From Podarcis liolepis (lineage: Eukaryota), in NCBI GenBank assembly GCA_965112155.1, contig OZ218100.1: 64,000 nt of DNA; one strand, given 5' to 3'. The notes beneath the pieces are model-generated. The model was given only the letters and a program-made list of their open reading frames with translations. It had not been told where the DNA came from and made no database searches. A program made the position numbers and the translations under genes. Positions 49,114 to 62,251 of this stretch are shown here, piece by piece (within the stretch, counting starts at the first letter, position 1; each line of letters begins with the position of its first letter).

Positions 49114-50406
49114 AAGGATCCAATAGTTACCGAGATGTTGAAAGATTTTACCTCTTGAAACTAATCTCCATCAATGTTTACATTGGGTCTATGGTCATGT
49201 GTGTCAGATTCTCGGATATTAGCTGCTTACATTAGGGAACTGGAAACATACCTAAGATGTGCAACAAAGATGACCTAATAAATAACAAAGGAATATTTGG
49301 CATTGTGACATGGCAATTTGTCCTTCAATTTTAGTGGTGTTAGAATCAATATGAAAAGAATGAGGGGGAAATTGATGAAAAACATTTGCTGAGGAGAGAA
49401 ATGTTTTGTATATTAAAACTCAATAGTTTGTCTTCATTAAGTCTAAATGAAGACCTTGAATAGCTGTCACTAATGTAAGTTCCTAAGTGACAATTTGTAT
49501 ATGGTGAAATTAGACATTGCACATTTCCAGCACAAGTTTGAAGTTTCAATTATGTGTTTATTTTTTGTTTATCATTTTAAATATATGCTCATATACACTT
49601 TCCAATTGCGTTCTAAAAGAAGACTCCCACCCCTTGTTGAATAATTGTTTTTAAAATCTCTATACAAATAGTGAGTCAAGATTGAGCCTAGCTCTACATA
49701 AGGGTAAGTCCAGGCTTACACAGGAGTTGCTCATGACCGCTCAGTATACCAAGATGAGAGGCAGCTTTCCCCAACATAAAATTGTCTCTCTGTTTTCTAC
49801 ATCTGCAGCCCTTTAGTACTTCATAAGACAGTTTTTCAGCTCTCCCTCCTCAATTTTGATTCAATAAGGCATAAAGGTCTACACTGGCATTTGAAACAAA
49901 GACTGAACAAAACGGAATTCCAATTGTATGTGTTTTGTTCGTATATTAGCAACTGAATTTATTTCCCATATATAGAGGTCAGAAATTTAGCAAGTATGGT
50001 AATTATTTATTTATCAAACTTCTATCCTGCCCTTGATCACAAAAGGAGCCTGGGTTGGGCTAAATGACCTTGTATGTAAGTTCCATTTCCAACTGTGTAG
50101 ATGCTGATTCTAATGGAGAGTGTTAATGAATAAAGGCTGCATTTAAGATTTCACCTAGATGTATTTGTGAAATTAGGTAAATTAGTAGCCTGATGAGCAG
50201 CAGATGTATGGTGAACAAAAGTCTTCTCTCTCCCTACTATCTGCTGATTCAGTGTCAGTTGGAGCCCGTAAGGAGACACTGCATACTGAAGCAGATGGGA
50301 AACAAGAACAGCAAACTTTGAAGGATTTGGAGTGACAGATGGGGTTTGGTTTTTTTAAGTTGTAACTTCTGCCTGTGCTTGACCTATATGTTTGTATATA
50401 AACATA

Positions 50407-50655
50407 CAGTCATACCTCATGTTACGTTTGCTTCAGGTTGCGCATTTTCAGGTTGCGTCCCGCGGTGACCCCGAAGTACCAGAAAGGGTTACTTCCGGGT
50501 TTCGCCACTCGCTCATGCGCAGACGTGCAAAATGACATCACGCGCATGCAAAGTGACAAATTGTGACCCGTGCTTGCACAGACGCAGGTTGCGTTCTCTT
50601 CAGGTTGCAAACAGGCCTCCGGAACGGATCCCGTTCGCAATCAGAGGTACCACTG
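50407..50655. mobile_element. Tc1/mariner MITE
   Basis: TA-CAGTCATACCTC...GAGGTACCACTG-TA. Confidence 0.8.
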
Positions 50656-53344
50656 TACTACAAAAAGCAACCTCATTCAAAGGAAACTGAACCCAAGTTA
50701 GACTCTGTACCCCTGAAATATCTAACTGCTCTGAAAACTAGGGTACATTTGGTCTTTCTATAAAAATATTTTTTTTAATTTAATTTTGTATAATTTTCTT
50801 TATAATGAAGAAATAGTCACAAGCAGTTGCATGGTTGTCTTTAGGCTGAGCCTTAAGAAGGAAATTGTGTTTCCCCAATGTTGCTGAGCTTCAAGAAACT
50901 CAAGCACTTTCGATAATCCATTTATGTTCAGTTGCTGCATACAGTGCCTTTCTCTTTGCTTCTCATTTGTCCTGTTGGTAACACATGCTATTTTCATTAA
51001 AAAATTCCAGCTATCTGCCTCCTCCGCAAGGGTACTAAAAACTATCGGATTTGTGCCCTTTCAGTCGGGCAGCCATTAAGTCATGTGTTTCAATATTATT
51101 TAGAAGGACCTTACACTAAATGCAGAGATTGTGGAAAATGCTTAAGAAGCTTATTTAGAAATCTGCAATATGACCAGAACTTAAAATGTGCATAAGGACT
51201 AAATGTTCTAATTCAAACTTGCTGAACCGAAGAGATTGCTCTATTAATTCTAATGGGCTAAAAAGTACTTTCCGCAGCACATTTGCAGAGTCGGTTCATT
51301 GTAGGCTGCAGACGATGGGCATCTCATATGTCTGAATAGCATTCAAGGCCATGCGTTATGAAAACAAATGGCACAGAAAGCATTCCCATTTTCATTTTCT
51401 TCTGTCATAAGGACTAAATGTGTTTACTGACAGGCCTCACTCCTTGTTGCTAGCAATTTTAAACATGCACATTCTCCAGTTAAGTAATCCAAACACTATC
51501 TAGGTTAAAGTAATAGAAAATAGCTATTTTGATGAAACTCTTGAGGCTGTTTCCTTTATTTGGGAGCTAGCTTATCTCCCACAGTGTATTTCATTTATTC
51601 TTTGTTATGCTCAATAACAATGTGAGTTTAATGCAAAATATTTTCTTCTTTGGTGTAGGTCATATGGATCTCCTGATTTTATTAATGTATGTGGTCATAG
51701 CACCATTATTACCGTTATATTATTCCTGTGATAATTGTGCTTCCTCTTAATTTCCTTAAATGATTTGCTACAACGTCTTCATGTACGTTATTGGTTACCA
51801 AGGACACAATATAGTTTCTTGCAAAGAAAAGTAAAGTGCAGTGGATATCTTCAAATGTCAGTAAACAGCAGTAGCATATCCACTTGAGGCTATCAAGTTT
51901 CAGTTATGAGAGAACAACGCATGTTGGCAGAAGACTCTTTTGCACAGCACTCAGGGGCAAACCTGGGTTTGTCACTGAATATATACCCAATGATGGCTGC
52001 TTGATTACTGTACTTGCACGATGCATTCGTAAGCATGTGTTTATAGTAAGTCATTGGGTTACCTCATTTGCAGTTTGTGATAGTTAAGCCTTAATTTCTG
52101 TCTGAAGTTAGGCTTACCTTAAATGTTTCCTTCCCCATGTGTTTACCTGCGATGCTGATGGAATTGCTGTTGGTTTTTCAGAATTCTCATTTATTGTTTC
52201 ATTTTTTATGCATGCTACTACGGTCTGGTAGCTCGGCTGGGCTTGCAGCACAGATGAAGTATATGCACTTTGAATCCTCTATTTATATTATGACTGTTTT
52301 CACCCTAAAGTAAGTTCCTTGACCTTTTCAAGGGCAAAATATTGCTGCCTATGGAGCTGCAAATTCTACAGAGCTGCATAGTATCTATGCACATTCAGGA
52401 AACAATTCTTTTCTAAGGATGAGTTCAACAGGAAAAGCAAAGGCGTCTAGTCCCTTAGCAGAGCCAATAGGATGGCATTGTTTCCATTCCCTCCCTCTGC
52501 TACAGCCTGATGAAATGGCTAGTGCTAGGATACAGTTGAAGTTAAGTTCATGTTGCTTTTATTTAACAACAACAACAACCTAATTATGTATCCAAGTACC
52601 CCCTCCATTACAGCCCTAGTCTTTTTTATCTGGAGATAAGCACCATTGAACTCAACGGGACTTACTTTTGAGTAGGTGTTTGTAGGATTGTGGTGTAAAA
52701 ACCAGGCATAAAAATTCTGGCACTAGCAAATAACAGCTGTTTCACTACTAGAACAATTTTATTTTTCATTACTTAATTGCCCATGTTTAACGTAGGGACT
52801 ACTTGTACTTAATAATAGCATTTCATTTGTAGTAACGTGCAATACTTGGCCTGTGATTGCACATTCGGGGTGTGGCGCTGCTGAGGTCATCAAGTGAGAA
52901 ATGTGCACGCCTAAATGACTGGAATTGCTGAAAAACGTGATACAAGTTTACTGCTGAAATGGCCTAGTATTATGTACTGTGCTGATGTTTCGGCTGAGCC
53001 AAAATATTGTGCCAATTCAAGGAGTGTAGTGGTGCCATAATTTCCCTTCTCTGCCTTTGGGTCATTTCTGGGTATTCCACTTTGGTTGGGTTCAAACTCA
53101 GGTGCTTCACAATGGGCTAAAATTTAGGCCATTGGCATTGTCTTCTGTCCTGTGATTGTTAGCAGTAGTCTGTAACTATATTTCTAGTGCATGACCTAGT
53201 TTGTTCCTTATACCCTACTATTGTGTTTGTTATGTTCAGGCATTAAAAGCTCCATCACTCTGCATCTACATGGAGTAACAGAATTCCCCCTGCCACCTTG
53301 ACTGTTCTCTGTGCAACAAAGCCATTTCCGACCTAGGAGGAGAG

Positions 53345-53657
53345 GGGGTTGCGGGCAGAAATCCCTCCCACATCCCACGCGGGGGCTGGCCATTGCCCCC
53401 GCGAGATTAGGGAATCCCCGGGCGTGTCGGCGACCCGGCCCGCCAATTGGCGGACCGGAGAGGTGTGGCCTAGCCTATTTAAGACTAGGCACGCCCGGGG
53501 ACAGCCCTCTTTGCCGGGTAGTCAATAGGAGCCAATGCCTAAGGCCAATACTTTCCAATTCTGTAATCAATAAAGTTATGGCCTTTTATGCCCATTAACC
53601 TTAAATACTGTGTCCAGTGTCTTCATTTCACATGGGGGAGGGGACTTGCCACGCAAT
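53345..53657 (+). mobile_element. Short DIRS/Ngaro-like derivative (copy B)
   Basis: GCCAATGCCTAAGGCCAATA...TGTAATCAATAAAGTTATGGCC shared with copy A; imperfect inverted ends TTGCGGGCAG..TCCCTCCCA / TGGGGGAGGGGACTTGCCACGCAA; CpG-rich. Confidence 0.55.
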
Positions 53658-54379
53658 AGCTCTCCATAGTCCCCCCCCCCATCATTTTTGTCTCACCGAA
53701 AAGGATATGCCCACTACTGTTTTTCTCGGAAAAGAGGTGCCAGAACTCACTACAAACACATCCTTCAATCTCTTAGAATGGCAATGGCGCCCACCTGAGA
53801 AGTGCCAGAATTGAGTTCCAGTGAGTTCCAACTGAAAAGAAAAGAAAAGAAAAGCCATTTTACCAAATGATATTCAATATATCTGAATATCACTTTCTGT
53901 CTAGAGGATAGCCCCTGAATGGTTCTTTCTTATAACTGTAGAAACCACTGTCTCGTGAACCAAATCTAAATCATAAATGCAGCACTTTCGCACACTTTTG
54001 GGATTGGCATCATCGCCTGGCTGCAAATCTGTCACTTCAGAAGTGGTTTAGAATACCCCCCTAGGGGCAAGAAAGGATATCTGTGGATGGTGATGATTAA
54101 AACATTTTATATCCTGCCTTTCTTTTCAAGAATAAATACTAAGGCAGTTCGCAACCAAATAAAAGCCAACATTCGGCTTTTGCAGGGCATGGTTCAATGA
54201 CGTGGCTATTTTAATTCTGTGTTTTATTAATCATAGCATTGTGGAATTGTAGAGCTTGAAGGGACCCCCAAGGGTCATGTATTCCAATCCCTGGAAATGA
54301 TTTTAATATTCAATGAAATCTAAACTGCTAGTTTGCGTCTTATTTCTAGGCATTCTTACCAATTTTGAGCCTTTGAGGT

Positions 54380-55160
54380 GCCAGGGGACTGCCATCGTAA
54401 CAGGGGAGGGAGGCAGGGATGCCGCTGGGATACAGGGAGCCGCAGAAACTTCTGAGGAGCAGTTCCCCATCCAGCGGTGGGGAAAGCTGTCCCCGCACTT
54501 CCAGTGGAGAAGAGAGGGAAGGGGCCAGCCAAGCGAGGAGAGGGCTCAAAGATGCTAGCCCGGCTGGCCAGGAGGCACACACTCCACTTCTGTCGCCCAG
54601 CTTGCACTGAGGGGTAAAACGCAAGGAGAGGAGGTGGAGATTTGGGGTGTCTAAGTTCTTAAAGGTCGTGACTGACTCTGGGATTGCGGCGCTCATCTCG
54701 CTTTACTGGCCAAGGGAGCCGGTGTACAGCTTTCGGGTCATGTGGCTAGCATGACTAAGTCGCTTCTGGCGAACCAGAGCAGCTCACGGAAACGCCGTTT
54801 ACCTTCCTACCGGAGCGGTACCTATTTATCTACTTGCACTTTGACGTGCTTTTGAACTGCTAGGTTGGCAGGAGCTGGGACTGAACAACTCACCCCATTG
54901 CAGGGATTCGAACCGCCGACCTTCTGATCCACAAGTCCTAGGCTCTGTGGTTTAGCCCACAGCGCCACCCGCATCCCTATGTCTAAGTTCTTATGTTAGG
55001 GGGAAAGCCAGAAGGGGCCACTCCCGGATTCTGCAAGTGACTAAGACAGACATGAACTTTGTGTATCTGCACTGTAAATAGTTTGCACAATAAAACCTGT
55101 AAAAGACAGGTCAGAGTCCTGCCTGGTTACTCACGAGCAACCACCACACAGCATCTGACA
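54380..55160 (+). mobile_element. Possible solo LTR interrupted by a Sauria SINE
   Basis: TG...CA ends and AATAAA near 55089; no convincing TSD. Confidence 0.35.
54662..54979 (-). mobile_element. Sauria SINE
   Basis: Reverse complement of the consensus seen in the other copies; 14-bp TSD TGTCTAAGTTCTTA at 54648-54661 and 54980-54993. Confidence 0.92.
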
Positions 55161-57129
55161 ATAGGATACGCATTTCTGCAAACAAACAAACAAATTGTAT
55201 CAGACACAGTGGGGAAGCAGTGATCATTGGCCGAATTCTGTAAAGCAAGTCTAAGGCTACACTCCAAACCCGGAAAGCAGTGGGGCTTATTGGAGTGGTG
55301 GGACCATTGCTACATATTCAGTCCTACCACTTGCACCAGCTGGGACAGACCACAGGCAGCACATTGTTCAGACCTGTACGTTCTCGGCTCCTGTTCCACT
55401 CCACACTCCAAAATCTCCTGTTTCTTGGCTTCCTGTGTGGTGCTTCTGGTACGAATTCATTCGGTGGGCAGAATGGACGATCCTGCACCAGTGCCGTGAT
55501 ACTGGTGTCAATCCTCAGGGGGAGGCTACATGAGGCTGGCAGGGCTGGGTGGAGAGACAGCCACGTCTATTCCACAAACACACCAGCACAACATGGAAGG
55601 GGTTTGGATTGCAGCATAAACCCCATTGACGTCAACTGAACTTAAGAGTCTACTGGTGCATATCAGTGCCATTGGTTTTCAAGGAAATCCAGTTGTCAGA
55701 AATGCTTCTGAAAGGAGAAGAGTTGCTGGACCATTCCTGGAGAACCCTGGACCAACCCACCATGGATGTACTGCTGCTGGTCTTGACTCTGGGTTCCAAG
55801 TGAGGGGAGGTGGCGAGGTTAAAAAGGAGAGGGGAAATGCCAGGTTGGTGTGAAGGGTTTTTGGATTATGGAGAAGGGGGCCAGTGTTGAGTTTTGATTT
55901 TTATCTGCTAGTAGGGTGGGAGTATAGTTTTGCTTATTGTTTGCATATTGCTAATGTTTTTTTAAATAACTATTATGGGGCAGATGTTTTCTTTTTCCAA
56001 AATGCTGTATGGAATATTAATGTATTCTATGATTCCATGCTTGGAGTATAATAAGTAAGTAAATAAAAATATTGCTGAAGGCCATGCATTAGCAATGCAT
56101 GTTTTGCTGCCCTTTTCTGTGGCACCCTCATCTTTATTTCTCAAATCATTCTGCATCCTGGCTGCCCGATAATACTGACATCTATTTATCTAAGCAGAAA
56201 TAGCCTTTCGTATAAGTTTGCAATGTAAAAGGGTGCCGTGATTACTGCGGTAAGTCCTGCCAAAATGTATAATGCATGACTGTGGATTGGCAGTGCCTCT
56301 GACACTGGAATATGTTCTTCTAGCAAAAGAACAAGCCACAAGGTGTTGATGGTATTGCTCTGACCTTGTTGTTGATTCATGTGGCATTCGACTTCTTTAG
56401 GTGTTCCAGGAATAGAATGTTGTTGGTTGCTTTGCACTTAGCTATTCACTGGATATAGAAAACGTGCATTATTTTTTTTACAAGCTATATAACCAGTTCC
56501 TCCTTACACTTACACTTGCACCCTGCAGCACCTCTTCATACAGTTCCAGAGGGATTCCCAATCCTGTGGTGCACATTTTCAGGGGGTGCAGAGACCTGCA
56601 AGGAGGAGGAGGAATTGGCAATAATTGCTCCCACTTACTCCTGCAGCAGAATGTCAGGAGATCTAAGCCTATGTGTTTAAATACATAGATTCAAGTACTT
56701 AAGCTTGTTGTTCCTTGCCTGTGGGTCAGTATGTTTTCATTCTTCAAAGTTTCATAACAGGTCTGGGCACATTAGCATTGTGTTTAATCTCTTGGGTCCG
56801 AAAACTTAGGTTTCTAACTTTCCACAGCAGTCCCTTCAAGTCCCTTATTGTGTTCCTCTAATTACAGCAGTATGGACTTGTTTGCTACAAGAATGATCTT
56901 AATCCACTGGAGCATTCAGGGATTATTTGAATACACGCTTTCCCTCTAATATTTGATTCTGACACCCTCATACACCAGTGCATTGTTGAAACATAAAACA
57001 CCTTAATGGAAGAAGCATGGGACATGGGGGGGGGGGGCATAGTCACACAAATTCTCCTGTAGATTAGAAGCCTGTGAAATTGTCTGGTATATGCAGAACA
57101 AAAAGAAAAAAGAAAGGGGTGTTTTTTGG

Positions 57130-57635
57130 GTTTTTTAAAAAAATGTTTTTATTAGCAATTTCAACATATCAAAACATATTGTATTATTTCCCCCCTTTCC
57201 CCCCTTCCCCTCCTCCCAAGACTTCCCTCAGCTCCTCTCTGATTTCTCAACCCATATTATTCTCTGCATGTTATAAAATTATAGAGGTCCTCACATTATC
57301 TGTCCACCTTATTATCAATAAATTTGTGTATGTTTATTCAAAACCTGCCAAGGAGTCCAATTCATTTTGTTGTCTTTTTAAGTAATTTGTGAAAAGTTCC
57401 CATTCTTCTTTAAAGTCACAGTTGTCCTTATCTCGCAATTTGTACGTCAGTTTAGCCAGTTCTGCATAGTTCATCAATTTCTCTTGCCACTGTTCTTTTG
57501 TCAGGGTTTCCTCATTCTTCCATCCTTGTGCTATCAAGACTCTTGCCGCTGCTGTTGAATACGTAAATAAATTCTTTGTTTTCCTTGGCAGGTCTTGTCC
57601 TACAATCCCTAACAAAAATGCTTCTGGTTTTTTTA
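57130..57635 (-). mobile_element. L1/Tx1-type LINE 3' fragment
   Basis: LGIVGQDLP...YSTAAARVLIAQGWKNEE...W.EKL..YAELAKLT resembles the ORF2 C-terminus; G-rich 3'UTR and AATAAA on the minus strand. Confidence 0.75.
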
Positions 57636-59822
57636 ATGTCCTTTGAAAAAGGTGTTTTTAATAAGAAGTTTAAAGAATGTCTGAATGGAGTGTCAGCTAT
57701 GTGTATTTAAATCCAAAAAATCATGCATCTTTAATAAGTCAAGCAATTAACCTCGGGGAGACTGAGATGTCGTTGCTTTATTGACAAAACAAACATGAAT
57801 GAGGTGCGTTTAAAAATATTTGTATTCAGACAAGAGCTAATTGTTCTCTGGAGAAAGCTCTTTTAGGCTCAGCAAAAGTGACGAGTCATTAATGAGTTCA
57901 AATTGTTCAAAACATTGGAATTTTATAAATTTTTGCTTTGATGGTTAATTTGTTCCCTCTTTCTCAGCACTTCTGTTCCAAATATATTGCTTGTGTACAT
58001 AAATGCATATATGCGCAAAACTAGACCTGTCAGCATTTTGAAGCATTAGGGAGCCGTCCTCTATACCAGCTGTGGGGCTGTAGGATATGGTGGAAACTTC
58101 CATATGCTGGTCATTTATGAGGCGCAACACTGGTATGATGCTACACAAGCATTTCTGCTGTGCAGGCACAATTCTGCTGGCAAAGCAGCTGTAAATTTAT
58201 CTCTGGATGCAGGAGCTTCTCCCATTCATTTGTAATGTGGGGTCAAAGCTAAACCTCCATGTCTATGATACCTGATATTTTCTACCAGGTTAGGGTTTCT
58301 AGTGCAGTCCACTTGCTTATATGACTTGTTCTTAAAGCAGTGGCAGGGGAGAGAAATGTCCCATGATGTATCTGCTTATGACTGAGTGGGCAAGGAACAC
58401 CTCTGTGGTGTCAACAGGTCCAACATAACTCTTGCTGGCCAGGCACATAAAAGTGTGTGTGAGGTAACATCCCCCTTGACAAGGGTTTGAATTTGCACCT
58501 CAGGTTTCCCAACCCTATGTCATGTGCCGCAGGAGTCTGCTGCTGTCAGTGTGTGGTTGTGTCTTCCCTGGTTGCTTATATTTCCCTTTCCTTCCTTGGC
58601 AAACAATTCTTTATCCTCCCTCATTGGAAACTGGACCCTTGTCTCAAGAAGGATTGTATGTGTTCTCCCAAGGCAGCTGTTTGGGTACTGCATTTTGCCT
58701 CTCTTCCTTGCCTTTGTGTTATCATCGAAAACAGAAGATGCTATGGTATCTGGACCACAAGTTTAGTATGAGTGAACAGAAGGAAATATTTCCAGCTAAG
58801 GACGTGCAGGGTTTCAGCCTTAATGTCCTAAGTGCTATCAAATCAAATGTTCAGATACCTGTAGGCAATGTAGAAAAGAAATGCAAAGCCCTTGCAACAT
58901 GATATTATTGAGTTTGTTGCAGCAAAATGTGGTGTGGCTTCATTAATTAGTGTCCCTAATAACCCCACATTTCTCTCTCTTGATTCCCTTCTCCCTCCTT
59001 GAATTTTGCACCTCTACCTTCCCCCCTCCCTCCTTTCTGGTGTCAGTTGTAATCTCAAGAGGCAACCCTTAAGGGAAATGTTTGTAAAAAAGAAGAAGCA
59101 AAAAGACTGTCCCTGAAGCCAGAGATAGTTCTAGAAGCCTGAGGGCCTGTTATATGTGCACTTAGAATAGGTAATTACAGAGACAAGGCCTGTGATAAGA
59201 GTTGCAGAGTGAGTGGTTCAGTATCTTCTTGTCATCCCTGGATGATAAATAAAACTTCGGTTTTAATAAAATGGATCACTGTCATCTCTGAGGAATAATC
59301 TGCCTGGCTGAGCTGCTGCAGAGCTATGTAATATTTGTGAAAACGTGAAACTTTTGAAAACTTTACTCACTATGGTTAAAATCACTGGTTAATATATGTA
59401 ATCTCTTTCAGTAAGGTATTCAAGGAATAGGGTGCTGCAGATGTCTTACTAGGGCTTCAATCGTGTACACATTCACTAATGGGAGAGTTCAACTGAATAT
59501 ATCAGGATTTTGCAAACAAAAAATAAAAAAATTAAAATGTAGGATTGCACTGTGGATTCCTTTGAAGAACTTCCTTCATGTAACACAGAATGCTGCATTA
59601 GACTATGCCAGTCAGTCTAGCTTAGTATTGTCAACAATGACTGGCAGAAAATCTCAAAGGTTTGAAGTAGGATTAAACCTGGGACCTTTCATGTGCAAAG
59701 CATGTGTACTCGTAAGACTGCTCTGGTTGAGTTTTTTTTTTTGGGGGGGGGAGTAATCCAGAATGATACAATGGTATCAAAAACTGCCAAGAGCTCAAGA
59801 AGAACAAGATGGGTTGGTTTAT

Positions 59823-60675
59823 GGGATCCTCCTAAATTGAGGGTCCTGGTTGCGCTCAGGCCCCTTAAGCCACCCCCATGGGGTGAGATGTTACTAGGCG
59901 TGGCCCAAGCCTTGTCAGTTGGGCCCTGGGATCGTGCCTGACTGGTTGGTCCAAGTGAGGCAGGTGGCATGATCCCAGAGTCCTATAAATGCGGCAGTGC
60001 GATGTGGGTGGGGCACATTAATTTTGGGGTCATGTTTCCTCATGAGGCACTTTTGGCGCAATAGCATTAACCCAGTTGCAACAAATAATGCCCAGAAGTG
60101 GGTAGACTGCAAGGTAGTGCGGAAGGTGTTATCCATGGGTAGCAGGGTGACCCCCCACCCAGGCATTGCATTCTCTAATGCAGCCCTGTTTAGGACAGAT
60201 GGAGTGCATTTATCTGACGAAGGTAATGATGTGTGGTTGGCTGAAGTCCGTGATGGCTTAAAGGACTGGTTGCAAGGTGAGGGTAATGGCAGCGAGCGCT
60301 AGGGTCATGTGGCAGTTAGGCATTGGTTTATAGAATTGTGGGGGAGGGGAGGTGTGACCATCACCTGCCCCTCCAGAAATAGGGTATTCCGCTTGAGGGG
60401 CTAGGGCCATGCCAGGACCCCAGGAACCCCAGGGTAAGCTTCAATTGATCTTCACCGATGTTGCTCCCATGCTTGGTGTTTACCCTTTCAGACTGCCAGC
60501 CAGAGAGGCGGGAGTCAGTTATAGTCTCTGACCAATGTCTAGGCCGATACCACTCAATTTGTTTTCTAATCAAGAAAGTTGTGGCCAAAATTCTGCCCAA
60601 AAACTTGAACTAAAATTATGTGTCCATTTGAATTTATTTACTAGGGAAGGGCTTGGGGGCCTCGGGGCGCAACCA
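59823..60675 (+). mobile_element. DIRS/Ngaro-like derivative (copy C) retaining an SGNH-hydrolase C-terminal fragment
   Basis: ORF 59997-60302 contains HPGI....LFRTDGVHLSDEGNDVWL (SGNH block V, DxxH). Inverted repeats TGGTTGCGC..AGGCCCC (59847-59864) / GGGGCCT..GCGCAACCA (60656-60675). Confidence 0.65.
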
Positions 60676-61697
60676 CCCATCTTTCTTCTGACAAATGCTA
60701 TCAACTAGGGTGACCAATGTGGTTTCAATGTGCCATGATGTAGCTACTTGAAGCTACATTAAAATGGATCCAAGTAATCTGTCTTTTCCAAGTGTGTCAA
60801 GCAGGCATGTAAAAGTTTGATGAATTGAGCAGGTGCTTCTGGTCCATAACTGAGCCCCATGTACTGCACTGTTAAGCATTTCTTACCAGAACATATATAG
60901 TAAAGAAGATTCAGCATTTGTTTAATCATAAAGACTACACTATTGGAAGTACAGTTAATGGAGAGCTTTTGACATTTTTGAAGGGCAAGATTTGCATTCT
61001 GCCCTTCAAAAAATGTCCTGCCTCCCAAGGGATAAAAACAATCATTTAAAAAATAAATAAAATAAAAACAGCACATCAAAGAAGCATTGATAATGGTCTG
61101 GGGGAAATGGAAAAAAACAAGTCGGCATTAAGAGTCCATTAAAAGGGGTCAAAATCTTGAGATATTAATCTGGATGCTAGGTTAATGAAGAACCAGAATG
61201 TATTTTAATTATCTATATAGCCAAAGATCTGTCCAGTCATGACCACCATGACTCTTTATACTCTTTTGGTATAAAGTATGGCTGAAAAGGTAATGGAGTA
61301 GGTGCCAGGGGAAAATCAGTAGCAGCTAGAATAGCTAGATTTAGTCCTTCTAATTCAGGGGGAAGTTTCTACTTATTGCAATGGAACAGCATATCATAGC
61401 TTATGTGTTCGGCTTAGCTAGACACCTACAGACATATCCAGAAGAATAATGAAATATCTAGAAACACCATCCTGTAGGTTGCATAGCGATCCTGCAAGAG
61501 AAGCACACAAAAATTATAATATTGTGCATGCTGAAATCATGAGGCCACTGTTACAAAATCCATTAGGACCAGGTGAAATCTGTAGCTGACTGCTGAGTCC
61601 CCATTTCCAAATTCTCTAGTGGGATCTGCTTGGCATTTTCCCTTGCATAGAATCCGCCAGCACATTTCAATAGTAGCCCTAATTTTATATACATATT

Positions 61698-62086
61698 GGG
61701 ATGTGGGTGGCGCTGTGGGTTAAACCACAGAGCCTAGGATGTGGGTGGCGCTGTGGGTTAAACCACAGAGCCTAGGACTTGCTGATCAGAAGGTTGGTGG
61801 TTCGAATCCCCACGACAGGGTGAGCTCCCATTGCTTGGTTCCAGCTCCTGCCCACCTAGCAGTTCGAAATCACGTCAAAGTGCAAGTAGATAAATAGGTA
61901 CCGCTCCGGCAGGAAGGTAAACGGCGTTTCCGTGCGCTGCTCTGGTTTGCCAGAAGTAGCTTAGTCATGCTGGCCACATGACTTGGAAGCTGTACGCCGG
62001 CTCCCTTGGCCAATTAAGTGAGATGAGCGCCGCAACCCCAGAGTCGGCCACAACTGGACCTAATGGTCAGGGGTCCCTTTACCTTT
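61698..62086 (+). mobile_element. Sauria SINE with a 38-bp tandem duplication of its 5' end
   Basis: Full SINE body; the unit GGATGTGGGTGGCGCTGTGGGTTAAACCACAGAGCCTA occurs at 61699-61736 and 61737-61774. Confidence 0.92.

Positions 62087-62088
<2 letters not shown>

Positions 62089-62158
<70 letters not shown>
62089..62158. repeat. (CA)n(TA)n microsatellite; Penelope insertion site
   Basis: Direct read. Confidence 0.95.
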
Positions 62159-62161
<3 letters not shown>

Positions 62162-62206
62162 GGTTTTGGTGTCTTCGGGTGTCTTCCCGTGTAAGAGTTG
62201 GGGTGT

Positions 62207-62251
62207 CTAGGCGACGTTTCGACGAGGTCTCACTCGTCATCTTCAGGCTGG
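62207..62251 (-). ncRNA. Minimal hammerhead ribozyme motif in the Penelope 3' region
   Basis: Same CUGAAGA-stem II-GAAACGUC motif as at 6385-6429. Confidence 0.75.

Noticed and set aside
6600-61600. Numerous 60-130 aa ORFs as host genes
   Set aside because: No recognisable domains or consistent exon chain, many start at non-ATG codons, and such ORFs are expected by chance.
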